NCBI GenBank assembly: GCA_050575255.1
Contig: JBNZDD010013443.1
Coordinates: forward strand, 320,570 to 384,569
Origin: Harriotta raleighana
Taxonomy: Eukaryota
Direction of reading: 5' to 3'
DNA length: 64,000 nucleotides
The notes under the pieces were generated by a model, which ran no database searches, had not been told where the DNA came from, and saw only the letters and a list, made by a program, of their open reading frames with translations. Below are positions 38,936 through 51,091 of the stretch, one piece after another. Every line of letters begins with the position of its first letter. Positions within the stretch are counted from its first letter, which is position 1. The translations under genes were made by a program, and so were the position numbers.

Positions 38936-41034
38936 CGGTGGAGCACTGTGAACAACATGGGAGCGTTCCAAAAATAAAGTCTGTAACAAATTTCACGTGT
39001 AACCTTTGTACTTCAACTAACTTCATTAACAAGGGGACACAGAAATCATCTGGTCTTCATAGGATTTCTGATTTTAAGAACAATATACATTTGTATTGCA
39101 CCTTCACGCGGGGCAGAATCTTCCCTTTTGTTTAAAATGTAGTTACAGCTTCTCACTTTGCCAAATATTTTCTCCAATTCCCCCTTCACTTCCTCTTATC
39201 GTGAATGCATTTGGTTCCTCTTCCTTCGACTGCGACATGGTTCCCAGGTCACTTGTTTGCACGGAAACGTAATTTATCAAGTGAAAAGCAGAAAAAAAAA
39301 CCCTAATCAGCAGTTGGGAGGAGTCATATGGTTGGGAGGAGGTTTCAGTTCCAACATGCCAAAGGAACAGTCAATGCATTAATTACTGTCATGTTAATGA
39401 CTGGAAATTGCAATGTATTATGCACCTCGTGGCTGTTTGTGGGACATTGCTTTGTAAAATGGTTGCTGTTAAACACAGTCACTATGTTTGACAATGATTG
39501 CCCATGAAACGCCATGCAATTTTTTTTCATGGTTACAGGCATCATATCACATGTAAAGATGATTATTACTATCATTGTTCGAATTAAGCTTTGTAAGTGT
39601 TGGCAAACATCTACATTCCACGCTTACAGCACAAATCATCTTGTCTAACGCAGCCATTAAAGCCCAAGCACACACATCCCCCCCCCCCATAAACAGACAG
39701 TGAAAGAGAAAAGGTTTTTTCTCTTAAAAGACAAATGGAACATGACAGAATGTCGTGTGGTAGACACGCACAAAGGAAACAAAGTGTTTCTGAGTGTGCA
39801 CACAAAAAGATAGTTCATGAGGAACTGAAGTAATATAATGATAAAATTAATCCTTTCATTTGTTATCGTGCCTTATCACGTCTTTGAGACATCTCAGAGC
39901 CCTTCACAGAATACATCGTAAAGTGAATTGACTGTACATTTTGTGGCCTGAACATAGCAGCCAGTTGCGCACAAGAGTGTTCCACAAACAGTCGTAAATT
40001 GAGTGACCAATTTATTAATATTTATTCATGACATGAGAATTGTAGATTCTGATTTAATTTTCCACCTGAAGGGTTGCAAATCTGCCTGCTTCCTCTACTG
40101 AGATCATGGAGCATTTTTGACCGACTTTTTCGAGATACTTCACAGGAATCCTGTTGGCCTGTGAAGAATTTAATTGCCTTGTAAAAATAATTTGACATTT
40201 GAAGGAGAATGAGATCTGTTGCCTATAACCCAGAGTGCAAGCAAGAGAGAAAAAAAAGAAAGAGGTGTAAAATAATCAGTAAGGTGTAAGGACCACATAG
40301 AAGCATTGCACCTATATGGAACTACCACCTCTTAGCTGAAAATGACACAAATGTTATCTATAATGTTGGAAAATGAAATGAATTTGAGTAGCATTCTAAA
40401 TCTTACATTCTTGTGGCCATTGCTATCGCCTCACAAACAACATGCAAATGTTGCTCACATGGTTCATTTACCTGGCCTTGTTGTGCAATGATAAACTGAA
40501 AAAGTGGACCCAAGAGAGTCACGGATATTCTCCCCCAATAGTTTTTTTAAATTTAATATGAAAAATCACTGTCTGTACTCTATAATTTGACACATCTGTT
40601 CGATCTTTAATAGACTGTTTTATTATTAATAATAAAATTGCACATGATATATAAAGGAAACAATTTTAAAAATTGTGGGGAAAGCAAGCTTTGTGTACCA
40701 TGGTCAGATGAGATAAAGAGGGAGGAATTTGGGGTGGGAGGTTAAAACAAGATAGACGCGGAGGAAGGGAGAAAGGGAGAAAGAGAGAGGAAGGGAGGAG
40801 CGGTGGTTGCTGTGATGTTTACAGATATGCAAGGTTGAGGAATGAAGTATATTTAGTGCCCTCTGAGCAATTGATATATAATAATTTGCATTTATATAGC
40901 CCCTTTTCAACTAAGCAGTAGACATTGAAGTGCTTTAGAACAAATAATTAGAAATTGAAGTGAGTTATATTGGCAAACACTATAAGCTGATTGGCACCAG
41001 CAAAGTCCCATACACAATGAGATGAGCGGCCAAT

Positions 41035-41345
41035 TAATAATAAATAATAATCCTTGCATTTGATATAGCGCCTTTTCACCTCTTTGAAACATCTCTAAAT
41101 GATTCATAGGATATACTTTAAAGTGTAGTCACTGTATATTTTGCGAGTGAAACGCCTCAGCACATGAGCACACAATAGTGTCCCACAAACAGTCATGGAT
41201 TGAGAGATCAACTTTTTATTATTTTGTTTTTGGAGGGATTATTATCTCCAGAAAAGTGATTCACCAATAACAAGCAGGTTCCTTCTAACTGCTAGGTGAA
41301 GAGAGATATGCGGAATAAGGAAACTTGCCTAAGGTTTCACCCTGT
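41035..41345 (-). mobile_element. Deu-SINE, long variant, head lost
   Basis: Tail, core and the extra segment at ~41248-41308. Confidence 0.8.
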
Positions 41346-42594
41346 AATTCGCCACTTAATACATATTGGAGGGACAAAAGGGACATAAAATCAAAAGGAA
41401 AATGTAAACCATAGTCAGAGAGAGACCAAATGTCAATTGAATTGAATGTCAGAGCATGTTGTGATAAGTCTTTATAAACTTGTACTTTTGAGCTTGATAA
41501 TTGAGTTTGGATAGTTCAATGTTCCAAAAGGATAGAATCATAGAAATTAAAGCAAAAATGGGAAGCCATTTCAACCCATCAATCCCATGATATTGGAGTT
41601 TGCGAAATTAGCGGGTAAATCAGTATCCTTTAAATTGCCTTAATCATATTTACGGTATGGTTTTCTGTGACATTTGATCTTATGAGTGCCTCCGCAGGGT
41701 CCAGTGATATTAGTCCACTCCCATACAAAAATGTTTGCATTTGATTAAAGGCAGAGTGACATTGCCAGCAAATCTTGATAGCTGGATTAGGACTTCTGAA
41801 GTGTGGAGATTTTGAAGGAGTTTTTTACGATAGCTATGTAAAATTTTTTTTACCACTGCAGCCATTAGCTCATCAAACAAAACCAATTAGCAATTGTTGT
41901 TTATTAAAAAATTCTGCACTTTCATCAGCCGGGTTTGTGTGGTGACCTTGCACTCAAATTAGTAGGGAAACTCAGCCTGGTTAAAAAAAAAAAATTGAGT
42001 CAGGTTGAGAAATCTCATTAACAACTCGCACTAAGCCTTCAGGTAAGTGGATTTTTTTTTATTGTCAATGAAAGTACTTACCTTTGAGGGGAGTGCATCT
42101 TTAATTGGATGTCTTGTCTCAGAGTCTGCAACATAGTTGGTGAACGTACCGGTGATTGGAGGTGAATTTCAGTGTGTGTAAAAAAAATAGAAGGCATTTT
42201 GAGAATTTCTATCCCTTGATCTTTCCAGATAAATTTTCACAAAGAGACAATTATGGCTCATTTGTGATATGTTTTCAATCAGACCAGCACAAATGTACTT
42301 CCAGCAGGAAGAAATTGTAAATCAGTCAAGTTTGGAAACCAAACCAACGTCCATCCTCCTCTCTGCCCTAAGTTTATACTTTCTCCACACTAGCTAGTTC
42401 AGCCCAATCAAAAGCTAAACCTGGGATCTTTCTGATCCATAATGTGATACCACCCAAACTTGGGCTGTTTAGTTCGTCTTCCTTAAAGTTCTGCCAGTAT
42501 AAATGTCATTGGCTTCAATATCAAGGGAAGAATATTTAAAATAAACTGGCTGTGCAAATACTCAGTGGTTAGATGAACTTTGTTGGGTCAACAG

Positions 42595-42780
42595 TGATTT
42601 GATCCAGATTCAAATCCTGGCACAAACTGTGCTTGTGGATCTCTGATAGGGCGGTAATTATACCCATGACAGGCAAGTCAGCATTTCCAACCACTGGGTG
42701 GGGAAAGAAAATCAGCCAGTCTTGGTGACTACCCAGTGACTCCTGCTGGAAAGTGCATGTGTGTAGGTGTGATTTCATGT
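42595..42780 (+). mobile_element. Ancient AmnSINE2/LF-SINE-like relic
   Basis: CCAGATTCAAATCCTGG B-box-like start; AAAATCAGCCAG...CCAGTGACTCCTGCTGGAAAGTGCATGTGTGTAG. Confidence 0.5.
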
Positions 42781-42834
42781 AAGCAAATTAGCAGCTCGGA
42801 AAAGTCTGCTAGTGCCTGTGGAGTTAACATCTTT

Positions 42835-43265
42835 TTAAAACAAAAACAAAAATTGCTGGGAACACTTAGCAGATCAGATAGCATCTATGGAGAAAGAAAA
42901 GTGAGTCAACGCTTCGCGTTGAACACCCTTTGTCAGAACTGGGCATGTTAGAGAAGTGTGGGGGGAGTAAGAGGTTTTTATGGACTAACAGAGAGTGGGG
43001 AAGCAGGGCAAGGAAGACAAAGGAGAAAATGAGGTAGAGGACAAGGTTAAAGAGGTATTAATAATGTCAAACAAATTGGGGGGATTGCAACTAAACTGGA
43101 GAGAAATGGTATTAATAAAGTAAAACGAAGATTGGGGTGGTGGAATTGCTAAAGAACAGGTAGACCAGAAAGAGAAAAGGTGTGTTTGGGATCTGGATGA
43201 TGTGGTAATGGACACAGAAGGAGGGGGAAGGCGAGCTGTTATAGCCTGAAATTATTGAAATTATC
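42835..43265 (-). mobile_element. Penelope-like element 3'/terminal region (degenerate)
   Basis: AAAATTGCTGGGAACACTTAGCAGATCAGATAGCATCTATGGAG matches the 3291-3426 arms; purine-rich tract follows; decayed hammerhead-like core at 42905-42940. Confidence 0.55.
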
Positions 43266-44571
43266 CTTTTATATTGAACAGAATTAATTTGCTGGTACAA
43301 TAATCATTAACACGCAGAGGCTAACAACATCAAAATACAGTAGATTCACTCCTCACCAGATATCCTCACACCACGTGTATTTCCAAGTCAGGTAGGGGAG
43401 TGGTGACCAGATAGTGTTAAGGACAACAACAATTTGCATTTACATAGCGTCCTTCACACTGGGCAGTGTCTTATAGCCTGCTGAGGATTTTATCCCCCTT
43501 CCTATCCCAAGGATGCTCAAAACTGAATGTATCATTCTAGCTTGTTCTCTGGCTGAATTCAGCCAACACTAGAAGAAAATCTCGTAGAAAAACTGCAACC
43601 TCTGGTTTGGAAGGTTTAATACAAAACCAGTCACTGAATTAAACATCTGCTTTGAAGGAACATCTTTCAAGCAGTGTGCTGGAAAAAAACAATCTGATAC
43701 CGTCCAATGCACCAATTCCTTCAAACTGGCACTGGATTAATTCTTACATTCAATTGGGTCATATTAAAGAGGAAGGATAATGTGCAGTGTGATATTTGTG
43801 ACCTTGAGTTATGAAATCAGCTAGATAAAGAAGATTTCTTCTAGTCAAGCCCTTCATGTCATGGTCTTGCAATTTCAGGAAAGCTCTGCGTAGGAGTGTC
43901 ACATTTTGGAGTTTGGATCTCTGGAACTTTGAATTTTTAAGTTAAGTTGATAAATGTTTTCTCTTTGCATCAGCCAATTACTGTTGTTTTATATGACATG
44001 TTTTCTGCATGTTGGGGCATGATTAGGGTAATTTCACATACTGGTTAAGGAGTAATCTGAAAACCTTGGGGCAGAGGTGGATCAGGGAACTTTCAAATGA
44101 TGTGAGCACAAAAATGTTTGGTTATTCGTTGCCAATAGTGCTTACTGAAAAACAGATTTAATACCCCTGTGAATTGTGTCTCTGTGTTCTTTGACATTTA
44201 ATCAACGTATCTTCAGTGCAGATTAGAGCAAGTTGGCTCTCACCTCTGTGATCTGTCTGTTTGAAGTGGATGTTGAAGATCCCATGACACTGTCCAAAAA
44301 GAGAAGGTATATTCCTCAGCTGTTTTAGGCAACAATCCTCCAGTTAAACTGGTCGTTCACCTCACAGTCCACATTCACCTATAAATCAACTGTCACTGTA
44401 GTTTACAGTGAAATCCAGTGAAGGGCTTTGAGACATCCTTGTAACATTAAATAATATCAATCGTATTATCATAATGCAAGGAATATTATTCTTAAAACTT
44501 TTTGTGGGACCATTTTTTGGTACAAATGGCTTTTGCATGTGTCCCCACAAGAAAATTACACTTAGATAGTA

Positions 44572-44968
44572 CAGTAAAACCCTGTTTATCCGGTACCCTC
44601 AGGGGGAGTCGACTGATTGACTACTGGATAAACGGGGGACAAGTTGCCGAATATCCAACATTTCAAAACATACCATGTTAATAATAGACTAAATAGTAAC
44701 AGAATATTGATGGATATTTACCAATAAAGCATTCCAACACACTTGGTAAAAAGATCGGTAAAAACCCAAGTTCGAAGTTTAATAAGTGCGCATGCGCACG
44801 CATTGCATGCGCAAAGTGAGCAAACTCACGATTGCTGGAATCAATCGCTTGCTGAATCGATCAATTGCTGGATCAACTGGATTGTTCGACCTCCTCCCAG
44901 GGGAATCGCCGTGGGAGTGGGTCGAACAATCTGGTTGATCGGGTCACGGATAAACAAGGTTTTTACTG
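44572..44968. mobile_element. Tigger/pogo-like MITE
   Basis: TA|CAGTAAAACCCTGTTTATCCG ... CGGATAAACAAGGTTTTTACTG|TA; shares the GCGCATGCGCACGCATTGCATGCGC core with the 15978 copy. Confidence 0.9.
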
Positions 44969-45160
44969 TATTTACAGTACTTGTAAAGTACTTTGAGATG
45001 TGATAAAGCGTTATGAAAATAGAAATTCTTTTAATCTGATTAAACAAAGGGATTTGCTAACATCACATTATTAGTGAGTTTCATCAGAACAACATGCTTG
45101 TGGCTTATTAGTTCTCACTTATTCCAATGGCCAACTGCTTGACTGTATCAAAGATGGTGT

Positions 45161-45420
45161 TTAATAATAATAATCCTTCCATTTGATACAGCACCTTTCA
45201 TATGGTGAAGACATCTCAGGCACTTTACTGTGTATTTGGTTGATCAACAAAGCAGTCAATTTCCACACAGCAGCATCCCACAAACAGCCATGAAGCGAGT
45301 GACAAATTTTATTTCGAGAGGTTGTTAAGCAAAAGACCACAAGGAACTTCCTTTTGTTTTCCAGCGGTGCAATAGGATCTTTAACCTGCACCCAAAGTGG
45401 CAGATGGGACCTCGGTTTAT
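45161..45420 (-). mobile_element. Older SacSINE1-like Deu-SINE
   Basis: (TTA)n tail, Deu core, GGATCTTTAACCTGCACCC...GGGACCTCGGTTT block. Confidence 0.6.
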
Positions 45421-45430
45421 CTCATTGTTT

Positions 45431-45722
45431 GGAGTCCTGTAGCTCAATGGTTAGAGCACTCGCCTTTTCAGTGTGAGACCTGTGTTTCGAATCCAGGCAG
45501 GTCAGGGTGAAATCTTGGGCAGGTTTCTTTACTCCACATGCCTAATAATAATCCCCAATTGGTCATTTCAATCCATGACTGTTTGTGGGACACTCCCCCA
45601 TGCAATTGACTGTCATGTTTCGCCCACAATTATACAGCCAAGTCATTTTACAGTAGATTCTGTAGACTAGATTCTAGAAGACATGAAAAGCGCCATATCA
45701 AATGCAAGGATTATTATTATTA
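45431..45722 (+). mobile_element. Full-length Deu-SINE
   Basis: GGAGTCCTGTAGCTCAATGGTTAGAGC...TTCGAATCC...(TTA)n. Confidence 0.9.
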
Positions 45723-46308
45723 CTACATTATCTTCATCTTAACTTCACCTCTTTCTGAAGGAATGGTACCTGTTACAATGCAGTACAGGGTTTATTGCTT
45801 TTTAGGGTTTAGTTTTTCTGATTAAAGTTGAAATCCATTTCTGGCACGTGGAATGTTCAGTCGAGGTCAGCCTGAGATCATTGCTGAGTTCCAATTCTTA
45901 CATTTCAGACAGATGCTGAGCAGAGATACCGCACTACCCCACAGTGGGAAAGGAAAGGTCAGTATAGGCTCAGTGTAAGTCGTTCAACCCATCATGTCTG
46001 TGCCTCACCAGATCCCCACGGAGACCATTTGCTCTAATCAAATTTTGCTTGTCATAAAAACTAACAAAGGTAAATAAAGAATAGAAAAGTCTATTCTTTC
46101 AACATTGATGTTCAGGAAACAAGACAGCTCAATAGGTTAAATCAGACAGCTCAATTGGTTCAATTATCAGTCAATTCTAAGAACCTCTATTGTAAAATAG
46201 AATTGCATTGCAGTTTCCATTCAATAACATTAACGAGCGGCATTGAACTCATGAATGATTCATGCTTCATATTTCTGCCATTGCCTCAATTATTAAGATT
46301 GACCCATG

Positions 46309-46404
46309 CATGCATGTTTTTGTACCTGTATATTTTTATACATGTATGTTTTTGTACATATATGTTTTTGTACATGTATGTTTTTGTGTATGTATGTTTT
46401 TATA
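46309..46404. repeat. 16 bp minisatellite, 6 copies
   Basis: Consensus CATGTATGTTTTTGTA. Confidence 0.85.
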
Positions 46405-46535
46405 AATGTAAAATTGCAATGGTTTCGTCCTAGCGTCTTGGGATGTCCGCACGACATGAATCACAAATGTAATTTTATTGTTGTTATTTGGTTGATAGAA
46501 TTTTGGCTAATACTGCCAATGCACTGAGGGACCCA

Positions 46536-47372
46536 CAACAACAACAACAACAACAAAATTACATTTATAGAGCGCGTTTCACGTCAGGAGGACGTCCCAA
46601 GGCGCTGGACAGATGATTTAAGACCCGAGCAGGGGGAAATGATCGGGGAGAGGGGGGAGGGGGAGGGTGGGAGCAAGGAGGAGGTAGAGAGTCGAGAGGG
46701 GAGCTGAAGGCACGGTCGAAGAGAAAGGTCTTGAGGCCGGCCTTGAAAGAGGAAAGGGAGGGAGCGAGGCGAAGGCACTGGGGGATGGAGTTCCAGAGCC
46801 TGGGGGCTGAGCAGCTGAAAGCCCGGCCGCCAATGGTNNNNNNNNNNNNNNNNNNNNNNNNNNNNNNNNNNNNNNNNNNNNNNNNNNNNNNNNNNGCAGA
46901 GGGAGCGGACATTTTGGAGTCCAATGTGGAGGGAACAATTGGCAGAGGGATGTGATGGGAGGGAGGAGGGACCGGATTGGGCATCAGGGGTAGTGGGGAT
47001 GGGGATGAGGGAAGAGAGGTTAGCTCCCCGGGTCTGTGGCCGGTGTGGCTTGCGGTGATGGTGTGGGATGGGGCAGTCGGTGTGGCTGCTGCTGGACAGC
47101 CAACGCCGAGTGCCACGGTGAGCCCGGCGAAGGATTCCCAGGCCGGAGCAGAGGGAGGCTGTGAGGGGGTTGAGTGGGGATAGAAGGCGGGGAGGGCGGA
47201 GAGAGAGCAGGGCAGAGCGGGAGAGTTCCAGAGAGGGGGTGGAGAGGGGTAGGGCGGGGGGAAAGTGAGAGAGGACAGGATGGGAGTAGCGGGTAGAGGG
47301 GTTTGGGAGGGCAGACATTTGGGAAGGTGGGGGAGGCTCGGGTCGGGGCGGCAGCCAAAATGCGCACGCAGA
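46536..47372 (-). mobile_element. Young, probably full-length L2 LINE with its interior lost in the gap (N 46838-46895)
   Basis: ATG at 47318 opens a frame running to ...SLHIGLQNVRSL (start of the APE endonuclease) at the gap; beyond it lie TIGGRAFSCSAPRLWNSIP...FKAGLKT, a stem-loop and a long (TTG)n tail; candidate TSD GACCCA at 46530-35 and 47373-78. Confidence 0.85.
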
Positions 47373-47379
47373 GACCCAG

Positions 47380-48300
47380 AGCTCAACGCTTCACTGCTGA
47401 AACACGGTTTTAAGTTTTTAAAATAATTCCCTTCATTTAGAAGTTCCATCAGCTTTAAACAGGAATGGAAGCCGCTTAATGATTTCTGTTGTAGAGTATG
47501 CCTTTACCCAATCCTTTGCGTTGAGGAAGCATAGGAGAATGGAGGCAGGACAAATCTATGCCTGGGCAAACAACCATTTAATAGTTACATTCATTGACCT
47601 TCTGGGGTTCGGTCCAATTTGCTGCTGTTAATTGTAATTGACAGATGCTTATTTGCTCCTTTTAATTGTAACTGACAGATGCTTAATTAGTGTTTTCGCT
47701 GCCTGGAGAGCCGAGCAACACCTCACAGTTAACCTTTGATTGATATCAGTTAAGCTTTTCATTGCCTGCTTCAATCGCAGGTTTAGTATCAGTGGGGAAG
47801 CTTTAGTGGTTTAATTGGATGGTTATAGTGCTTATAGCAGTTAAATTGCCAATAGCAAGAGAAACCTTAATGAAATCAGTATTGACAAAGTCCACAACGG
47901 GAACGAAACACTCAGAATTCATGTGCCTCTCCCTCTCTCCCCTCCCACACCGACCCATTGAGTTTCTGCCCACGTTTTTAATTTAATCGTAATATTTCCT
48001 CTTAGGGCACCATGTAGTGCATTATTTTCCATAGTTTAAGAATTACCTCGATTAAGTTAGAACCGAAGGTGACTGTGACATTTGCTAGGTTAGCTGCAGG
48101 ATTTTAGATCTCTCTGTTGAGAGCTGTGCAAACGTGGCCAGCATCATGCGTGAAACTGCTTTTATGCACATGCCAGATGAATAGATATTCAGTTACATCG
48201 CAAGACTGGTTAGCCATGTCTAGTAACTGGCAGTGAGCATAGTTCATCCAGCTGTGCTAGTATTATTGAATTCCTGTGGTTTCTTGTGGTATTTTCATTC
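47380..48300. promoter_or_regulatory. Candidate conserved non-coding element / enhancer
   Basis: Repeat-free; dense TAAT/ATTA motifs; duplicated TTAATTGTAAYTGACAGATGCTTA. Conservation not tested. Confidence 0.4.
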
Positions 48301-48873
48301 CTGGAGTTACATGATGACTACATCCACTAATGCGTAGGATACAGAATGATAATAATAATAATAATAATTGCATTTGATATGGTGCTTTTCACATCTTCTG
48401 TACATCTCAAAACACTTCAAAATATGTACTGCCAACTGACTATATTTAGCACACAGAAGGGTCCCACAATCAATCATGGAATAATAAGTGACCAAATTAT
48501 TTATTACATGATGGGGAGCAGAGTGTATCATGGGAGGGAATGTTCACATGTGACATTTGAATGAATTTGTTTCTTAAAGGCTATCCAGTGCTCCTGGATT
48601 TCAACCATCTTAATTGACCCCCATTCCATCTTTGATTAATTTATGAGTAAACAAATACATCATCGAGTCATGCTCTGACTGTACCCTTCACGGCCCTAAC
48701 ATTTTGTTGTGCTGCTTTGGTATATTATTCTTGAAAGCATTGAACTTGATTTACTTTCTCTATCCTATTAAACATGTTGTATAAGATCCTGTTGGATTTT
48801 GTACAACAACTCTTTTCATTCCTTAATAATAATACTAGTACAGTAATAATAATAACCATTGCATTTGATATAG

Positions 48874-49075
48874 CTCATAGCTTTCTATTCCCAAGACCGA
48901 CTTCGAAACATCTATCTACTTACTTGTGAGAATGCTTCCAGTGCTCTTCCCTGCTTCTGAAAAGATATGGATTACATGGAAAATTGAATTATGCTGTCAA
49001 AAAAATACTTAAATTGAATAAGTCAACTTCCCAGGAGTCATATGTCAGTCGGTCTTGGGAATGGAAAGCTATGAG
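48874..49075. mobile_element. Unclassified 202 bp MITE-like element
   Basis: 29 bp TIR CTCATAGCTTTCYATTCCCAAGACCGACT with one mismatch. Confidence 0.75.
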
Positions 49076-49234
49076 TTTGAATTCAAAAGTCTCTTTAATC
49101 TTTTACGGTCAATAAAATGAGTAAAATAAAATATCTACCCTTATTATGGGCAAAGGTAAGTCTCTCGAGCCGAACTGTCAAAGAGATATGCCTGGCATAG
49201 TCATGCAGGATCCGCAGTGTTTCAAAACAGACTT

Positions 49235-49544
49235 AATAAATAATAATCCTTGCATTTGATATGGCACTTTTCACGTTTTCTAGGCATCTCAAAGCGCTTC
49301 ACAGACTATAAAGTGAATTGACTCTATATTTGCGGGCGAAACGCAGCAGTTAATTGCATACAGCATTGTCCCACAAACAGTCGTGGATTGAAATGACCAA
49401 TTTATTATAGCTATATTATAGTTTTTTTGGAGGGATTATTATTTGGCATGGAGTAAGGAAACTTGCCCAAGGTTTTGCCCTGCCTGGATTTGAACATAGG
49501 TCTCTTGCTTTTAAGGCGAGTGCTCTACACTGAGCGACAGGTCT
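49235..49544 (-). mobile_element. Near full-length Deu-SINE
   Basis: Family head, core and tail. Confidence 0.9.
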
Positions 49545-51091
49545 TAGTAGTGTAGTTGTGTCCTCAACTTTGAGAATCATTGTCTTAAAGGCAGTCCTAG
49601 TTAAATTGAGTACCGTTGCTGAACAGTTGCTATTTATCAAAACAAGTTTGGACACTCGCTCTATTGATTTGTTAAATGGTATGTTTACATGCATCAACTG
49701 GCTATGTTGATATAGCATGTAAGGTCGAAAAAAGTTGTTTGCATGGCTGAACATTATTGATGCATCTATAATTAGACATAATATGGCTGATCATTCTAAA
49801 CCTGATGTGACAATTTTTCACAGTAAATTTAGTGGCTATGTTGGCAATAAAAGCAGTAGTTTCAAATGATGGCTATGTAGTGGGATAAATCATTACCAGG
49901 ACGATTTTCGCATTGTCGAGGGGAAGATAAATCTTGCAATGCCTGTGGTATGGATGTTTATTCCAATGAGTAGTGGTGCATTTGTAATGCAGGTGTGTGG
50001 GAGGCTGTGCACAGATAGCTGTATATCTCAGCTGACTGGCCTCATTTGGGGTGCATGCAAATTGGTTCTTGCAAATTTCCATTTAAAAAAATGCAGTAAA
50101 ATACAATTTACACTTGTAAAGCACCTTTCACATCAAGTTTGAGAAATGAGATAAAATCAACAAATTACACTGAGATCATCCATTCCATATTCAACACTAA
50201 TCAGCAACTATTCAATATTTAGAATGATTCAGAAGTTACTATTGAACTATTTAGCTGTCTTAGTTCACAGTGGAGATATTTAAACCATTGGGACACTGCT
50301 GTGCACAATTAGCTGCTGCGTTTCACCCACATATATACAGTCAATTTAATTTCATATATACTTTACAGAATATTCTGTGAAGCACTTTGAGACATCGAGA
50401 AGATGTGAAAAGCACTATATCAAATGTCAGGATTATTATTGTTATTAATATTTATATCTACCCTGATACAGACTGCCTATCAGTTGCTGCAAGGCACAGA
50501 TTGCAGTCACATAGCAATCAAATTAAATAAAAAGTGTTTAAACCTGACTCAAGAGCATGATTTAAAATTCCATATTTATGTTTCAGTTCAATTTATCTAT
50601 GTGACTACCAAATTCAATAAATATTTCACATTGGGTAACCATTTTCCAGCGCTTTGGAATATCCTCCTGATCTGAAAGGCGCTACACAAGTGTAATTTTT
50701 GTTGTTGTTTAGTTCTTAAATATTCTTAGTCAGTAATTTTACAGATATATGTTTGAGCACACAATAGATAGTTTTGTTGTGAGTTTATTCATGTATGATA
50801 ATAATAATAATCCTTGCATTTGATATAGCATCTCATTATGCCAACTGCTGTATATGATGAAGTTAAATGTGAAATTAGAAATTCTAAACATTGTACAAAT
50901 GGAGCAATGATGGTTTCTTTCTGATAAAGTCTATTCTGCGCTTTGGGATGTCCTCCTGACATGAAAGACGCTATACAAATCTAATTTTGTTATGGTTGTT
51001 TCTCCCATAGCTTGACAGTTTTCGTTGTTGGGGAGTCGATTTGTTTGGTTGTGTAGAAATGGAAAGAATTGGGCAAAAGGTCTCAGAGTTA

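Noticed and set aside
45431-45500. tRNA-like sequences (A box, anticodon-like loop, B box) here and at many other sites
   Set aside because: Each continues into the SINE body and lacks a proper acceptor stem; they are SINE heads, not tRNA genes.
46565-47449. 294 aa ORF, the longest in the track
   Set aside because: It is artificially joined through the N gap; the true L2 N-terminal frame is a different one (ATG at 47318).
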